DNA of 64,000 nt from Candidatus Multivorans sp. (GCA_965224025.1 OZ245033.1:1984001-2048000); one strand, 5' to 3'. Positions 19,349-28,457 are shown, counted from the stretch's first letter. Numbers and translations are program-made. Notes: generated by a model from the letters alone, not told the origin.

Positions 19349-20846
19349 GCCTCTTTCGAGTTGCGAGTGGGTAGGGCGCGGGCGAGTGCAGATGCTGAGG
19401 GGGTCTTGGGATAGCGGCCTCCGCCGCCGTAGCCGCCGCCGTCGGGCTGTGGAATCTGCGGAAGACCGGTAGCGGCGAGGGCGCAAGCTGTCCGGTGGGG
19501 AGGGCGTTCGCGGCGATTTCGGGTGGCGGCTGTAGTCGCGGGCGATCGGAATGAGCAAGACTCGTCTCTCCTGTTCCGACTGAAGGAGGACGAGAGATGC
19601 AGAGGGAATTGTTCGCGAGAGCGCTGGGCGTGTCGGCGCCGTGGTTCGTTGACGGCGTGGACTTCTGTGAGAGGGAGCGTCGGTTGACGATACGGATCGA
19701 CTTCAGGAAGGGCAGCCGATTCGCCCACGAGGGGGACGGCGGTTCTCATCCGGTGCACGACACGCAGATCAAGCGCTATCGGCACCTCAACTTCTTCCAG
19801 CACGAGTGCCTGCTCGAGGCGCGAGTGCCCCGTGTGCGACTCCCCGACCAGCGGGTGGCGTTGGTGACTCCGCCCTGGTCGGGCAGATTGTCCGGCTTCA
19901 CGCTGCTGTTCGAAGCCTTGATTCTGGCCATGTGCCGAGACATGACCTTCGCTGCGGTGGCCCGGTTGACCGGGGTGTCGTGGCATCGGGTGCACGCGAT
20001 CTGCAAGCGCTACGTCGAGCTGGCGGTCGACCGGGACGACCTCTCCGAACTGCGCCACGTGGCCATTGACGAGACTTCCCGCGCCAAGGGGCACGACTAC
20101 GTGACCGCGGTCGCCGACAGCGAGCGCCGGCGCGTGGTGTTCCTCGCCGAGGGACGCAAGTCCGGCACGATCGAGGAGTTCGCCGACGATCTGCAAAGGC
20201 GCGGCGGCGATCCCGCCGCGATCAGCCGGGCGTCCATCGACATGTCGGCCGCCTTCCTCAAGGGCGTCGCCGAGAATCTCCCCAACGCCGAGGTGACCCT
20301 CGACAAGTTCCACGTCATGGCCCTGGCCTCGAAGGCGGTGGACGAGACCCGGCGCCTCGAACAGCGCCTCGATCCGTCGCTGAAGGGCCTGCGCTGGACG
20401 CTGCTCAAGAACCGCGACTCCCTGACGCCGGCCCAACGGGCCGACCTCGACCGCTTCGTCAAGAGGGTCGCCAGCCGACGCACCGCACGCGCCTGGCTCT
20501 ATCGGGAGCAACTCCGCGAAATTCTCAACCGCAAGCAGATCAACGTCGTGCTGCGAATGCTCCATCAGTGGTGCACCAACGTGAACCGCTCCAAGGTCGA
20601 ACCCATGAAGGCCGTCGCCCGCACCATCCGAAAGCACCTGCAAGCGATCGCTGCCTGGGCGCGAACCCGGCAGACCAACGGCTTCCTCGAAGCCCTCAAC
20701 GGACTCTTCCAGTCCGCCAAACGCAAGGCCAGAGGCTACAAGCGATTCGACACCATACGCATCGCCTTCTTCCTCATCGCCGGCAAACTCGACTTCCACA
20801 CGCTCAACCCGCACACCGCTTGACCCACTCGTAATTCAAAAGAGCC
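19349..20846 (+). mobile_element. ISL3-family insertion sequence
   Basis: 24-bp imperfect TIRs (19349-19372 and 20823-20846, 20/24 identical); no direct TSD. Confidence 0.88.
19597..20823 (+). CDS. ISL3-family transposase
   Basis: AIDETS, SIDMS, LDKFHV, TNGFLEALN, KRKARGYK. Confidence 0.93.
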   Translation: MQRELFARALGVSAPWFVDGVDFCERERRLTIRIDFRKGSRFAHEGDGGSHPVHDTQIKRYRHLNFFQHECLLEARVPRVRLPDQRVALVTPPWSGRLSGFTLLFEALILAMCRDMTFAAVARLTGVSWHRVHAICKRYVELAVDRDDLSELRHVAIDETSRAKGHDYVTAVADSERRRVVFLAEGRKSGTIEEFADDLQRRGGDPAAISRASIDMSAAFLKGVAENLPNAEVTLDKFHVMALASKAVDETRRLEQRLDPSLKGLRWTLLKNRDSLTPAQRADLDRFVKRVASRRTARAWLYREQLREILNRKQINVVLRMLHQWCTNVNRSKVEPMKAVARTIRKHLQAIAAWARTRQTNGFLEALNGLFQSAKRKARGYKRFDTIRIAFFLIAGKLDFHTLNPHTA

Positions 20847-21275
20847 ACTTTTCTTCCAGACGAAAGACGTGACAAAATTCGAACGCCCGAACAACTCGTC
20901 CATTACGACCTTGAGGTAGTGCGCCTCGTTGTCGTCAATCGACACCCAGATCGAGCCGTCCTCGGCCAGCAACTCCCTCAGCAACTCCAGCCGCGGCCAC
21001 ATCATCGCCAACCACTGGCTGTGTTCAAGGTTGTCGTCGTAGTGCTCGAATGCCGAGCGCGTGTTGTACGGCGGATCGATGTAGACGCATTTCACCCGGC
21101 CGGCGTAGAACGGCAGGAGTGCCTTGAGAGCGTCCAGATTGTCGCCCTGGATCAGCATGTTCGTCGCGTCGCAGTCACCAGCAGAAAGGTCGGCCGCCTC
21201 TTCGAACAGCCGGTAGGGGACGCGCTGCGCCGCACTGACGTCCTCTTCCCGGCTCAGCCAGTTCAAGATCGGCAT
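20847..21275 (-). pseudogene. Type III-like (Mod) DNA methyltransferase, N-terminal part, truncated by ISL3
   Basis: LIQGDNLDALK, VYIDPPYNT, VSIDDNEAHYLK, cut at FVWKK. Confidence 0.85.
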
Positions 21276-21342
21276 CTACAGGGATCGTCCTTCCCACGAT
21301 GGCGAACCACGCCGGCCCAAGAGGCCCGCGAACCAGGCGACG

Positions 21343-22152
21343 CTAGAACAGTAGGTCATCGTCCACCTCCAGACCGCCCGACTCATCTGCCGCTGGCCGT
21401 TCCTCTTCCAACGCCGCAGTGAACCTGACCACGCTGGCAACGTGGTTGAAGATCAAGAGGCTCTCGCTACGACTGAGGACCGGATTGTCGTGGGCGAGGC
21501 TCCGGTCGTTTCGCACCTTGTTGAAAGCCTCCAAGGTCGAGATCGTGGATTTGAGTATCCGTTCCGTCATCTCCGATTCAATGAAACCGTCCGCCCCCAG
21601 CCTCTTGACGTACTCGCCGAACAGGCTGTGGAGTGGCTTGGTCCGTTCAGTGCCGATGTCGCGCTCGCGGCAGAGAACCCGAACGTACTTGACCATGAAC
21701 GTGTGCAGCCGGTCGATTCCGGCTTCCGGTTCGTTCCTGTCGATCGCGTCCCTGACTTCCTTCGCTACGAGTTCAAATGTCGCGCTGGCGCTGTTCGGCG
21801 TCAGCGCTTTGATATCGAGAACCGGGGCGGCTTCCTGAAGCCTCACCGCAATCCGGCGGCACGCAGCGTAGATCTCGCGCTCCTCCGAGTCCTCTGCGGG
21901 AGCGCCGTGGTGGTCAAGCAGGTCGGAGACGAGCTGGCCCGCAACGTGGTTCGGCTCCTTCTTCCAGAAAGCGCGGAGTCGATTCGACTTTGATCCGGTC
22001 GCGTAGTGGTACCTCGCGTCCTCGATGTCCAGGCCGACGCTGTCGAAGACGAACTCCCGGAATGTCCGGTCCACGAAGTCCAGAACCCAGCCGCTCCCCA
22101 TACCTAGGCACCGCTCCAGGCGCTCTCTCTCCATGTAGGACAGGTCGGCCAT
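21343..22152 (-). CDS. Abortive infection family protein (AbiJ-like N-domain + Abi_C/HEPN-like C-terminus)
   Basis: MGSGWVLDF.DRTFREF, SKSNRLRAFW, VRNDRSLAHDN (RxxxxxH-like). Confidence 0.8.
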   Translation of the reverse strand: MADLSYMERERLERCLGMGSGWVLDFVDRTFREFVFDSVGLDIEDARYHYATGSKSNRLRAFWKKEPNHVAGQLVSDLLDHHGAPAEDSEEREIYAACRRIAVRLQEAAPVLDIKALTPNSASATFELVAKEVRDAIDRNEPEAGIDRLHTFMVKYVRVLCRERDIGTERTKPLHSLFGEYVKRLGADGFIESEMTERILKSTISTLEAFNKVRNDRSLAHDNPVLSRSESLLIFNHVASVVRFTAALEEERPAADESGGLEVDDDLLF

Positions 22153-22159
22153 CGGACCG

Positions 22160-22267
22160 CTACCTGGACCTGCTGGCGAAAGGTGCATTCGTTCCAGCGC
22201 GCCGGTCCACCCGGTGCTCCGACAATCTGGTGCCGCTAACATGGTCCAGCAGAGCGCGTCGATCCAT
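22160..22267 (-). pseudogene. Remnant of an MNT nucleotidyltransferase N-terminus
   Basis: MDRRALLDHVSGTRL resembles the starts of the MNTs at 31945 and 33938 and has the same upstream TATACTTGG. Confidence 0.6.
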
Positions 22268-22378
22268 CGGGCCCAAGTATAAGTGTCGTTTGAGGGGGCC
22301 TCCGGCCGCCAAGTCCGCGTCATCTCCTGGGCTCATCTCAGGATAGGAGAGTCCACCGCTCGTTGACTCACTCGGTGG

Positions 22379-22774
22379 TCAAGACCAGATCCGTCCCTGC
22401 CAGCCCGATGTCCCTTCGAGCGAGTCGAACTCGGCATCCTTGGAGATCAGCGGACAACCCAGTTCGATCGAGGAAGCGGCGATGAGACGGTCGAACGGAT
22501 CGCGATGCTCCCAGTCGAGCATGCCGGCACGAGCTGCGACGGCCCGCGTGAAGGGAGCGGCCAGCGTCTCGGTCTCCGTCACCAGGGCGCCGACGTGCGG
22601 CTCCATGTCCGGCCATTTGCCGAGTCGCACCTTTCTCGTCACTTCGTAGACACCGATCGGGCTGACATAGACCACGTCGGCTGCGAGCACGGCGGCCTTC
22701 ACGGTGTCCGTCAGGCGCTCCGGCGCCATGAGACTCCAGATCCACGCGTGCGTGTCGAGCAGGACGGAACTCAG
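22379..22774 (-). CDS. vapC: VapC/PIN toxin
   Basis: VLLDTHAWIW...HRDPFDRLIAA...ISKD; the only candidate start upstream of the DTH motif is the CTG overlapping the antitoxin stop. Confidence 0.82.
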   Translation of the reverse strand: MSSVLLDTHAWIWSLMAPERLTDTVKAAVLAADVVYVSPIGVYEVTRKVRLGKWPDMEPHVGALVTETETLAAPFTRAVAARAGMLDWEHRDPFDRLIAASSIELGCPLISKDAEFDSLEGTSGWQGRIWS

Positions 22775-23001
22775 GACGTTCCTTCCCAGGAAGCCAGTTC
22801 GGCCTCATCCATCGCTTCGTCGAAGTCAGGCACGGTCTTGACCAGATAGGCCAGACTCCCGAAGCGGAACGCCTTCGACGACACCGGAACCAGCCTGACC
22901 GCGGGCTTGCCCCTGCGGGCGATGATCACGTCGTCGCCCGCTTCGGCGGCGACAATGAGCTTCGACAGTTGCGACTTGGCGGCGTGCATGTTGACGAGCA
23001 T
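22771..23001 (-). CDS. Phd/YefM antitoxin
   Basis: VNMHAAKSQLSKLI...DVIIARRGKPAVRLVP; GGAGGAGG RBS. Confidence 0.88.
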   Translation of the reverse strand: MLVNMHAAKSQLSKLIVAAEAGDDVIIARRGKPAVRLVPVSSKAFRFGSLAYLVKTVPDFDEAMDEAELASWEGTS

Positions 23002-23013
23002 TGCGCCCTCCTC

Positions 23014-23030
23014 CTAGCTAGTCTAGCTAG
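23014..23030. promoter_or_regulatory. Putative TA operator
   Basis: Two tandem CTAGCTAG palindromes immediately upstream of the antitoxin RBS. Confidence 0.5.
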
Positions 23031-23317
23031 ATCAGCGTAACAGCGAATCGTACTACGACCCGGCGCAGTCGCGCCGCTCAACGCCGATGAAGTGAATCGC
23101 GTGTGGAGCGGAGCCGGCCGGAAGGCCGGCGCACCTGTACCTTTCTCGGGTGGATTCTGGTGGGTCGTTGAGAGAGGTGGAATCGACCAGTAGCCGTCGT
23201 GGCTGCGGTAGCTGTGGGAAACCGGCTTGCCGGTTTTCCAAGGTCCGGCGGGAAACGGTCTGCCGTTTTCCGCCGGACCGGCAGCTTCCGCAGCCGGGAC
23301 CGCCGGTCGGTTTCGTT

Positions 23318-23501
23318 TCCGGCCTGCCGGAGTCACTGAAGGAAGGTCGGCAAGCAGCCAGGAGCGACCACCGGCGCACTGTGCTTCGAGCACCTGGCTG
23401 GGACCCGTGCCCTGGCTGCTTCGCCGCGTTGGACGCCCAGTGGAGAGTCAGTGCCTTAGAGCACCAGTACAGGTACGGGCAGGCAACGCGGCATGCCGAC
23501 C
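23318..23501 (+). ncRNA. Putative bridge RNA with target-binding and donor-binding loops, copy 1
   Basis: Outer stem 23345-52/23494-501; loop 1 holds CCGGCGCAC (23371-79) and CTGGG (23398-402); loop 2 holds GTGGAGAGTC (23440-49) and GTACAGG (23467-73). Confidence 0.85.
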
Positions 23502-23535
23502 AGGCAACACTACCGCAAGGGAGAAGGAGGACGAG

Positions 23536-24789
23536 ATGACCAGGACGTGGTTCGTCGGCGTGGACTGGGGGTCCGAGACCCACCACGTGTGTGTGCTGGA
23601 TCGGGACGGCAAGGTGAGGGGGGAGCGGGCGTTCGACCACAGCGGCAAGGGACTTGCCGCCATGGCCGACTGGCTCCTTGGACATACCCGACCGACGTCT
23701 CCGGACGAGATCGGCGTCGCCATCGAGGTGCCGCACGGACCGGTGGTCGAGACTCTCCTGGAGCGGGGCTTCGCCGTGCATTCGATCAACCCCAAGCAGC
23801 TCGACCGCTTCAGGGACCGCTTCTCCGTCGCCGGCGCCAAGGATGACCGCCGCGATGCACGGGCGCTCGCCGCCGCGCTTCGCACCGACCCCGAGTGCCT
23901 GAACCGCGTGCAACCATCCGATGCAGCCATCGTGATGCTGCGCGAGGTGTCCCGCGGCCGCAAGCAGTTGGTCGGCCAGAAGAACCGCCTGGAGAACCAG
24001 GTCCGCGACCAGCTCTGGCGCTACTACCCGCAGTTTCTCGCCGTGGTCAAGAACGAGGTGTCGGCGCCCTTCGCGCTGGCCTTGTGGCGACTGGCGCCGA
24101 CCCCCGGCAAGGCTCGACGGCTGCGCGAAGCCACGCTCGCCAAACTGCTCAAGGAACACCGCATCCGGCGCCTGACCTCCGCCCAACTGCGCGATCAACT
24201 GCGGGCCGAGCCGATCGCCGTTTCCCCGGACACCGTTAAGGCCGCCGTCGAACACATAGGACTCCTCCGGCCGGTGCTCGACACCGTCTGCCGCCAACTC
24301 GCCGACGCCGACAAGCGGCTGGAGCGGATGACCCGCGCACTCGAGGCCCCGGCCCAACGGGAAAACGACGACGACTCCCCTAAGCCGAGCGACGCCGCCA
24401 TCCTCAGGTCGCTGCCCGGACTCGGCAAGGTCGGCCTCGCCACCCTGCTCTCCGAGGCCGATCAAAGCCTGGGCCGCAGAGACCACGAGGCACTGCGTTG
24501 CCTCTGCGGAGTGGCGCCGGTGACCGTCAAGTCCGGCAAGAAGCTCATCGTCATGCGACGACTCGCCGCCAACGAACACCTCAGCGACGCCGTCTATCAC
24601 TGGGGACGAGTCGCCATCCAGCACGACCCGATCAGCCGCGCCAAGTACGACGCCATGAAAGCCCAGGGAAAGACGCACGGACGCGCCATCAGACAACTCG
24701 TCGACCGACTCCTCGGCGTCGCCTGCGCCATGCTCCGAGACCGAACTCTCTTCGACCCCAACAAGCGATGCCATGCCCAGGTCGCATGA
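23536..24789 (+). CDS. IS110-family DEDD recombinase (417 aa)
   Basis: FVGVDWG, VAIE, KDDRRDA (DEDD); SLPGLG, GVAPVTVKSGK (Tnp domain, serine); AAGGAGG RBS. Confidence 0.95.
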   Translation: MTRTWFVGVDWGSETHHVCVLDRDGKVRGERAFDHSGKGLAAMADWLLGHTRPTSPDEIGVAIEVPHGPVVETLLERGFAVHSINPKQLDRFRDRFSVAGAKDDRRDARALAAALRTDPECLNRVQPSDAAIVMLREVSRGRKQLVGQKNRLENQVRDQLWRYYPQFLAVVKNEVSAPFALALWRLAPTPGKARRLREATLAKLLKEHRIRRLTSAQLRDQLRAEPIAVSPDTVKAAVEHIGLLRPVLDTVCRQLADADKRLERMTRALEAPAQRENDDDSPKPSDAAILRSLPGLGKVGLATLLSEADQSLGRRDHEALRCLCGVAPVTVKSGKKLIVMRRLAANEHLSDAVYHWGRVAIQHDPISRAKYDAMKAQGKTHGRAIRQLVDRLLGVACAMLRDRTLFDPNKRCHAQVA

Positions 24790-24851
24790 CCTCCCTGACC
24801 CGCAGCAGCCTCCCCAAAACACACTTGCTAAAGGGTGGAGAGTCCCAGTAG

Positions 24852-26381
24852 CTACCCGCTTCCCGGAATCGCCTCGACCAGCAACGTCAGCGCCTTCTGC
24901 AACGACGCGCCGGCATGGCCACCGAACGACCCCTCGTACAGACCGAGCCGGACGACCACCATCTCGTGCGAGGGCACGATGATCGTGCTTTGCCCGCCCG
25001 CGCCCTGCATGCTGAAAGCGCTCTCCGGCAGTGAGGGGTAGCGCCTGTTGCCGCCCCGAGGCGGCTGGTTGATCCAGAAGAAGCCGCCGTAGATGGGCCT
25101 GCCGTCGGCGACCCAGGCCGGCGCCGGTGTGCTGACGAAACGGGCGAGCCCCTCCGGCAGCACGCGCTCGCCGGTCGGCGAGACGCCGTCATCCAGGTAG
25201 AGCTGGCCGAGCCGCGCCCAGGTGCGGCCGGAACCGAAGCCATAGCCGTTCAGCAGGAAGTTGCCGTACGGATCCGCCTCGGCGACGAAGCGCCGTACGC
25301 CGATCCGGTCGAAGAGGTGCTTCTGGGGGAACTGGTGGTAGTTGTCGCCGCGACCCTCGACCGCCAGCCGGACGAGGTGGTTGATCAGGATCGGATCACA
25401 GTTCCGGTAGCGGCCGATCGCGTTCGGGGGCCATTGCGGCGAACGCTCCGTGGCCCAGAGGTGGGAGTTCACCGTGCCGGTGTAGAGGTAGAGGTGGTCC
25501 GGGTAGCCCATCGCCGCCTCGTCGTACTCGGGGTCCCCGGCGTTCACGCATCGCAGGCCGCTCGACATGCGCAAGATGTCCTGGATGCGGATCGTGCCGC
25601 GGACGTCGTCCGGGTCCTGGTGCCAGGAATCGACCGGCGCCAACTGGTCGAGGGTGTAGGCGCCCTGCTCGATCAGCACCCCCATCAGGGTCGCCGACAG
25701 GCTCTTGTTCATCGACCAACTCTCGAGCGGGGTGTCCTTGTCGATGCCATCGCGGTAGCGCTCGGCGACCAGGCGGCCCCGGTGGAGCACGACGAAGGCC
25801 AGGGTCATCGCCTCGGGCTCGAAGGCCGCTTCCACCGCGGCCGCGAGCTTCTCCGCGTCCACGTCGTCCGGGAGCGGCTCATCCGGCAGCGCGTCGCCCA
25901 TCGGCCAGGGGGCGCTCTCATCGAGCGCGCTGGTGACCGAAACCGTCTCGTAGAACGGCGCGACCTCGCCCTTCGGCAGGGACACGCAGCCCTGGTCGCC
26001 GTGCAACACCGCGGTGCGGGTCACGCCGGTGTCGGTCGTGACGTGGACGCGCTGGTTCTCGCGATCGAGCCGGCGTCCCGGTAGCCGGTCCCGGTACCGG
26101 TGGCGAGAGGTGAACCCGCCGATCCAGGTCTGGGCGCCCTCGAAGTCGAGTCCGGTCAGGAAGACGGCGGAGCACAGGACCTTGGCGAACCCGGCGGCCT
26201 CATGCTCGATGAAATCGCCCGGGGGCGGTACGCGGACGGTGTCGAGTTCGTGTTCCTGGCCGCGGGCTACCAGGCTTTCGCTGAGCGTGAGTTCCTGGCC
26301 TGCGGCCGCGGGCTGGTTGCCGCCGGCGTCGGCGCAGCCGGCGAGCAGAGCCGACGTGAGGAAGATCCAGCGGGAGAGCAT
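24852..26381 (-). CDS. Serine hydrolase, beta-lactamase class C-like lipoprotein
   Basis: Lipobox LAGC; SMNK (SxxK), YRN, GAGGQ. Confidence 0.85.
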   Translation of the reverse strand: MLSRWIFLTSALLAGCADAGGNQPAAAGQELTLSESLVARGQEHELDTVRVPPPGDFIEHEAAGFAKVLCSAVFLTGLDFEGAQTWIGGFTSRHRYRDRLPGRRLDRENQRVHVTTDTGVTRTAVLHGDQGCVSLPKGEVAPFYETVSVTSALDESAPWPMGDALPDEPLPDDVDAEKLAAAVEAAFEPEAMTLAFVVLHRGRLVAERYRDGIDKDTPLESWSMNKSLSATLMGVLIEQGAYTLDQLAPVDSWHQDPDDVRGTIRIQDILRMSSGLRCVNAGDPEYDEAAMGYPDHLYLYTGTVNSHLWATERSPQWPPNAIGRYRNCDPILINHLVRLAVEGRGDNYHQFPQKHLFDRIGVRRFVAEADPYGNFLLNGYGFGSGRTWARLGQLYLDDGVSPTGERVLPEGLARFVSTPAPAWVADGRPIYGGFFWINQPPRGGNRRYPSLPESAFSMQGAGGQSTIIVPSHEMVVVRLGLYEGSFGGHAGASLQKALTLLVEAIPGSG

Positions 26382-28354
26382 CACTCGCCCTCCGGCCGGT
26401 ACCAGATCGGCGATGTCCAGGCCATCTCCTGGATCGCGTCGGGATACGAGCCGTCCGAGCACACGGCCGGACGGTCCTCCGGGGCGAGGCGCTGGCAGTC
26501 GTACGAGGTCCAGCGCGGGCTGGGTTCCTCCACGACCCGCAGGTAGTAGTAGGCGTGCAGGCCCGGATCGAACTCCTCGTCGCGATACACCGTGCAGAGG
26601 CTGTCGTGACCGTTGGGCGACCCGGCGATCGGGATGACCAGGGTGCGGCCGGTCCCATCGGCGTCGACCCAGCCCTTGACGAGCTGGAGCACATGCAGGA
26701 GCCCGGCGTCCTCCGCCGGGTCGCGGGCGGCGAAGGCGAGGAAGGTCGGCGCAGCGCCGGCGGCCGCCTCCGTGAGGTCGCCGCCCATCGGCACGCCGCC
26801 GGCGTACGCCTGGTCGAGCAGGTCCGCCTGGTCGCAGAGATTCGGCGGGTAGTCCCAGCCTCCGAAAAACCGCGGACGGATGCGCGGACCCGAGGTGCCG
26901 AACACCTCACGCCGTTCCATCGCCTCGAAGATCGCGTCGCGGGAGTTCTCGACTGCCCAGACGCCGGCCAGACCGCCGGGATTGCCGTCGATGCCGCTGG
27001 TCAGGAGACCCGGCTGAAGGCGCTCCTCGGGCGTCTGCTCCACGGACACCGCGCCGCCCCAGTCGTCTTCGGCCACCGCCCCCGGCGTCGCCGTGTGCGT
27101 GTCGGTCGACGCGATGATGCCGAGCTTGACCGGATTGAGCCCGGTCTCCATCTCCTCCTCCAGGCCGACGACGAGCGCCGAGCGAACGAAGTCCGTCCGG
27201 TCGACGCAGCCGGCGCCAAGCATGCCCTGGTTGCCGTTCTCGCCCTCCGGGCACTCCTCCGTCCGCAAGGTGGCCTCGCCCGTAAGCAGGGACTGGACCG
27301 TCTCTTCGCGGCCCATCACCCGCACCGCCTCGACGTTGCACAACTCGTCCGGCTCGGCGAACACGGTCGACAGCCCGTTGATGCACTCGGAGCCGCCCTT
27401 GTGCTGGAAGATCTCGATGATCGGTTCCCGCTCCAGCCGCTTCTCGGCGTACCCGCGGCGCGCTTCGAGCGTTCCGGCGAGTCCGCGATACGGCGCCATC
27501 CGACCGTTCGCGAGATTGCTGTTGTGCGGGATCGTCAGGTAGTCGCAACCGGGCCGCGCCGTCCCGTCGCCGCAGACCGCGTCGAGCCCTTGCCAGAGCA
27601 GGCTGTCCGTCGGCGCGTCGATGTACGACACCGGCAGATCGGGCACCTCCGAGCTCCGGAAGACGACGTTGCGGTGGTAGTTCGAGATCCCCGGCGTGCC
27701 GGTGTACTCGTAGCCGACGAAGCTGGTGAAGCTGCACTCCTCCGTCCGGTCGTAGGCGTCCTCCGCCGCGTCGATGATCGCCTCCCAGGGGCTCTTCGCC
27801 CATTCGAGACAGAGCGACCCGTCCTCGCCGCACAGTTCCTCGATGCGGCTCGGCGTCTCGGTCGTGATGACGGCGCCGAGCATCTGCATCCCGACTCGCT
27901 GGTTTGAGCGGGACTCGGTGCAGAACTCGCTGTCGTAGCGCGGGGACTCGGGATCCCGGCACAGGCGGCGCTCGCCCAGGAACTCGCCGTGGTCGGTCAC
28001 CGCGACGAAGTCGAGCGGCCGGTCGATCATGATGCTGCCCTCGGGCGTGCCGTCCGAGCCGATGGGCCAGAACGGGATCGACTCGCCCTTCGCGAAGCGG
28101 TAGGCGTCCGCCGGCGTGGCCCCGGTGCTGTTCGCCGCCGCGTCGAAGGAGAAGCTCGTGTGGACGTGCAGGTCGCCGAACAACGCCTGGCGGAGCGGTG
28201 TCGCGTCGAGGCAGCCGGGCCGGTCTTCCGTGCGCGAGACGGTGCTGCCTGGGATAGCCGGGTCCTGCGAAGTGCCTTCGACCGAAGGACCGGCGCACGC
28301 AACCACGGCGGCGGCCATGAGGATCGGCAGGGCGCGGTACGACTCGTTTCTCAT
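26381..28354 (-). CDS. DUF3604 domain (PHP-like) lipoprotein
   Basis: FGDLHVHTSFSFDA, VTDHGE, GYEYT, IPHNSN, STDTH, QEMAWTSPIW. Confidence 0.85.
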   Translation of the reverse strand: MRNESYRALPILMAAAVVACAGPSVEGTSQDPAIPGSTVSRTEDRPGCLDATPLRQALFGDLHVHTSFSFDAAANSTGATPADAYRFAKGESIPFWPIGSDGTPEGSIMIDRPLDFVAVTDHGEFLGERRLCRDPESPRYDSEFCTESRSNQRVGMQMLGAVITTETPSRIEELCGEDGSLCLEWAKSPWEAIIDAAEDAYDRTEECSFTSFVGYEYTGTPGISNYHRNVVFRSSEVPDLPVSYIDAPTDSLLWQGLDAVCGDGTARPGCDYLTIPHNSNLANGRMAPYRGLAGTLEARRGYAEKRLEREPIIEIFQHKGGSECINGLSTVFAEPDELCNVEAVRVMGREETVQSLLTGEATLRTEECPEGENGNQGMLGAGCVDRTDFVRSALVVGLEEEMETGLNPVKLGIIASTDTHTATPGAVAEDDWGGAVSVEQTPEERLQPGLLTSGIDGNPGGLAGVWAVENSRDAIFEAMERREVFGTSGPRIRPRFFGGWDYPPNLCDQADLLDQAYAGGVPMGGDLTEAAAGAAPTFLAFAARDPAEDAGLLHVLQLVKGWVDADGTGRTLVIPIAGSPNGHDSLCTVYRDEEFDPGLHAYYYLRVVEEPSPRWTSYDCQRLAPEDRPAVCSDGSYPDAIQEMAWTSPIWYRPEGE

Positions 28355-28457
28355 TCAGTGTCTCCCCATGCGATGCGGTGTGAAGGCCGGCTTCCGGCGG
28401 CACCCCACGGTATCGCCCTCTATAGTGACTTCAATTCAACTTCCAAGGAGAACGCAG

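Larger units (their letters stand above)
23134..24845 (+). mobile_element. IS110-family element, copy 1 (coordinates include both CC cores)
   Basis: Three near-identical copies define the ends CC|TGTACC and GGAGAGT|CC; no TIRs or long TSD. Confidence 0.95.

Noticed and set aside
19373-19596. Guide-like RNA in the ISL3 left non-coding region
   Set aside because: No segments matching the flanks or ends and no convincing multi-stem fold seen by eye
21343-22323. 326-aa version of the Abi protein
   Set aside because: The 5' extension overlaps the MNT remnant and its promoter in another frame; family-like sequence starts at ATG 22152
23227-23535. 103-aa N-terminal extension of the IS110 recombinase (520-aa ORF calls, also at 41537)
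   Set aside because: A strong AAGGAGG RBS precedes ATG 23536, the DEDD domain starts there, and the upstream region is better explained as structured RNA
23053-24822. Long antisense ORFs over IS110 and other genes (e.g. 49942-53046, 8832-10661)
   Set aside because: Shadow ORFs expected from high GC3 codon bias; no recognisable motifs
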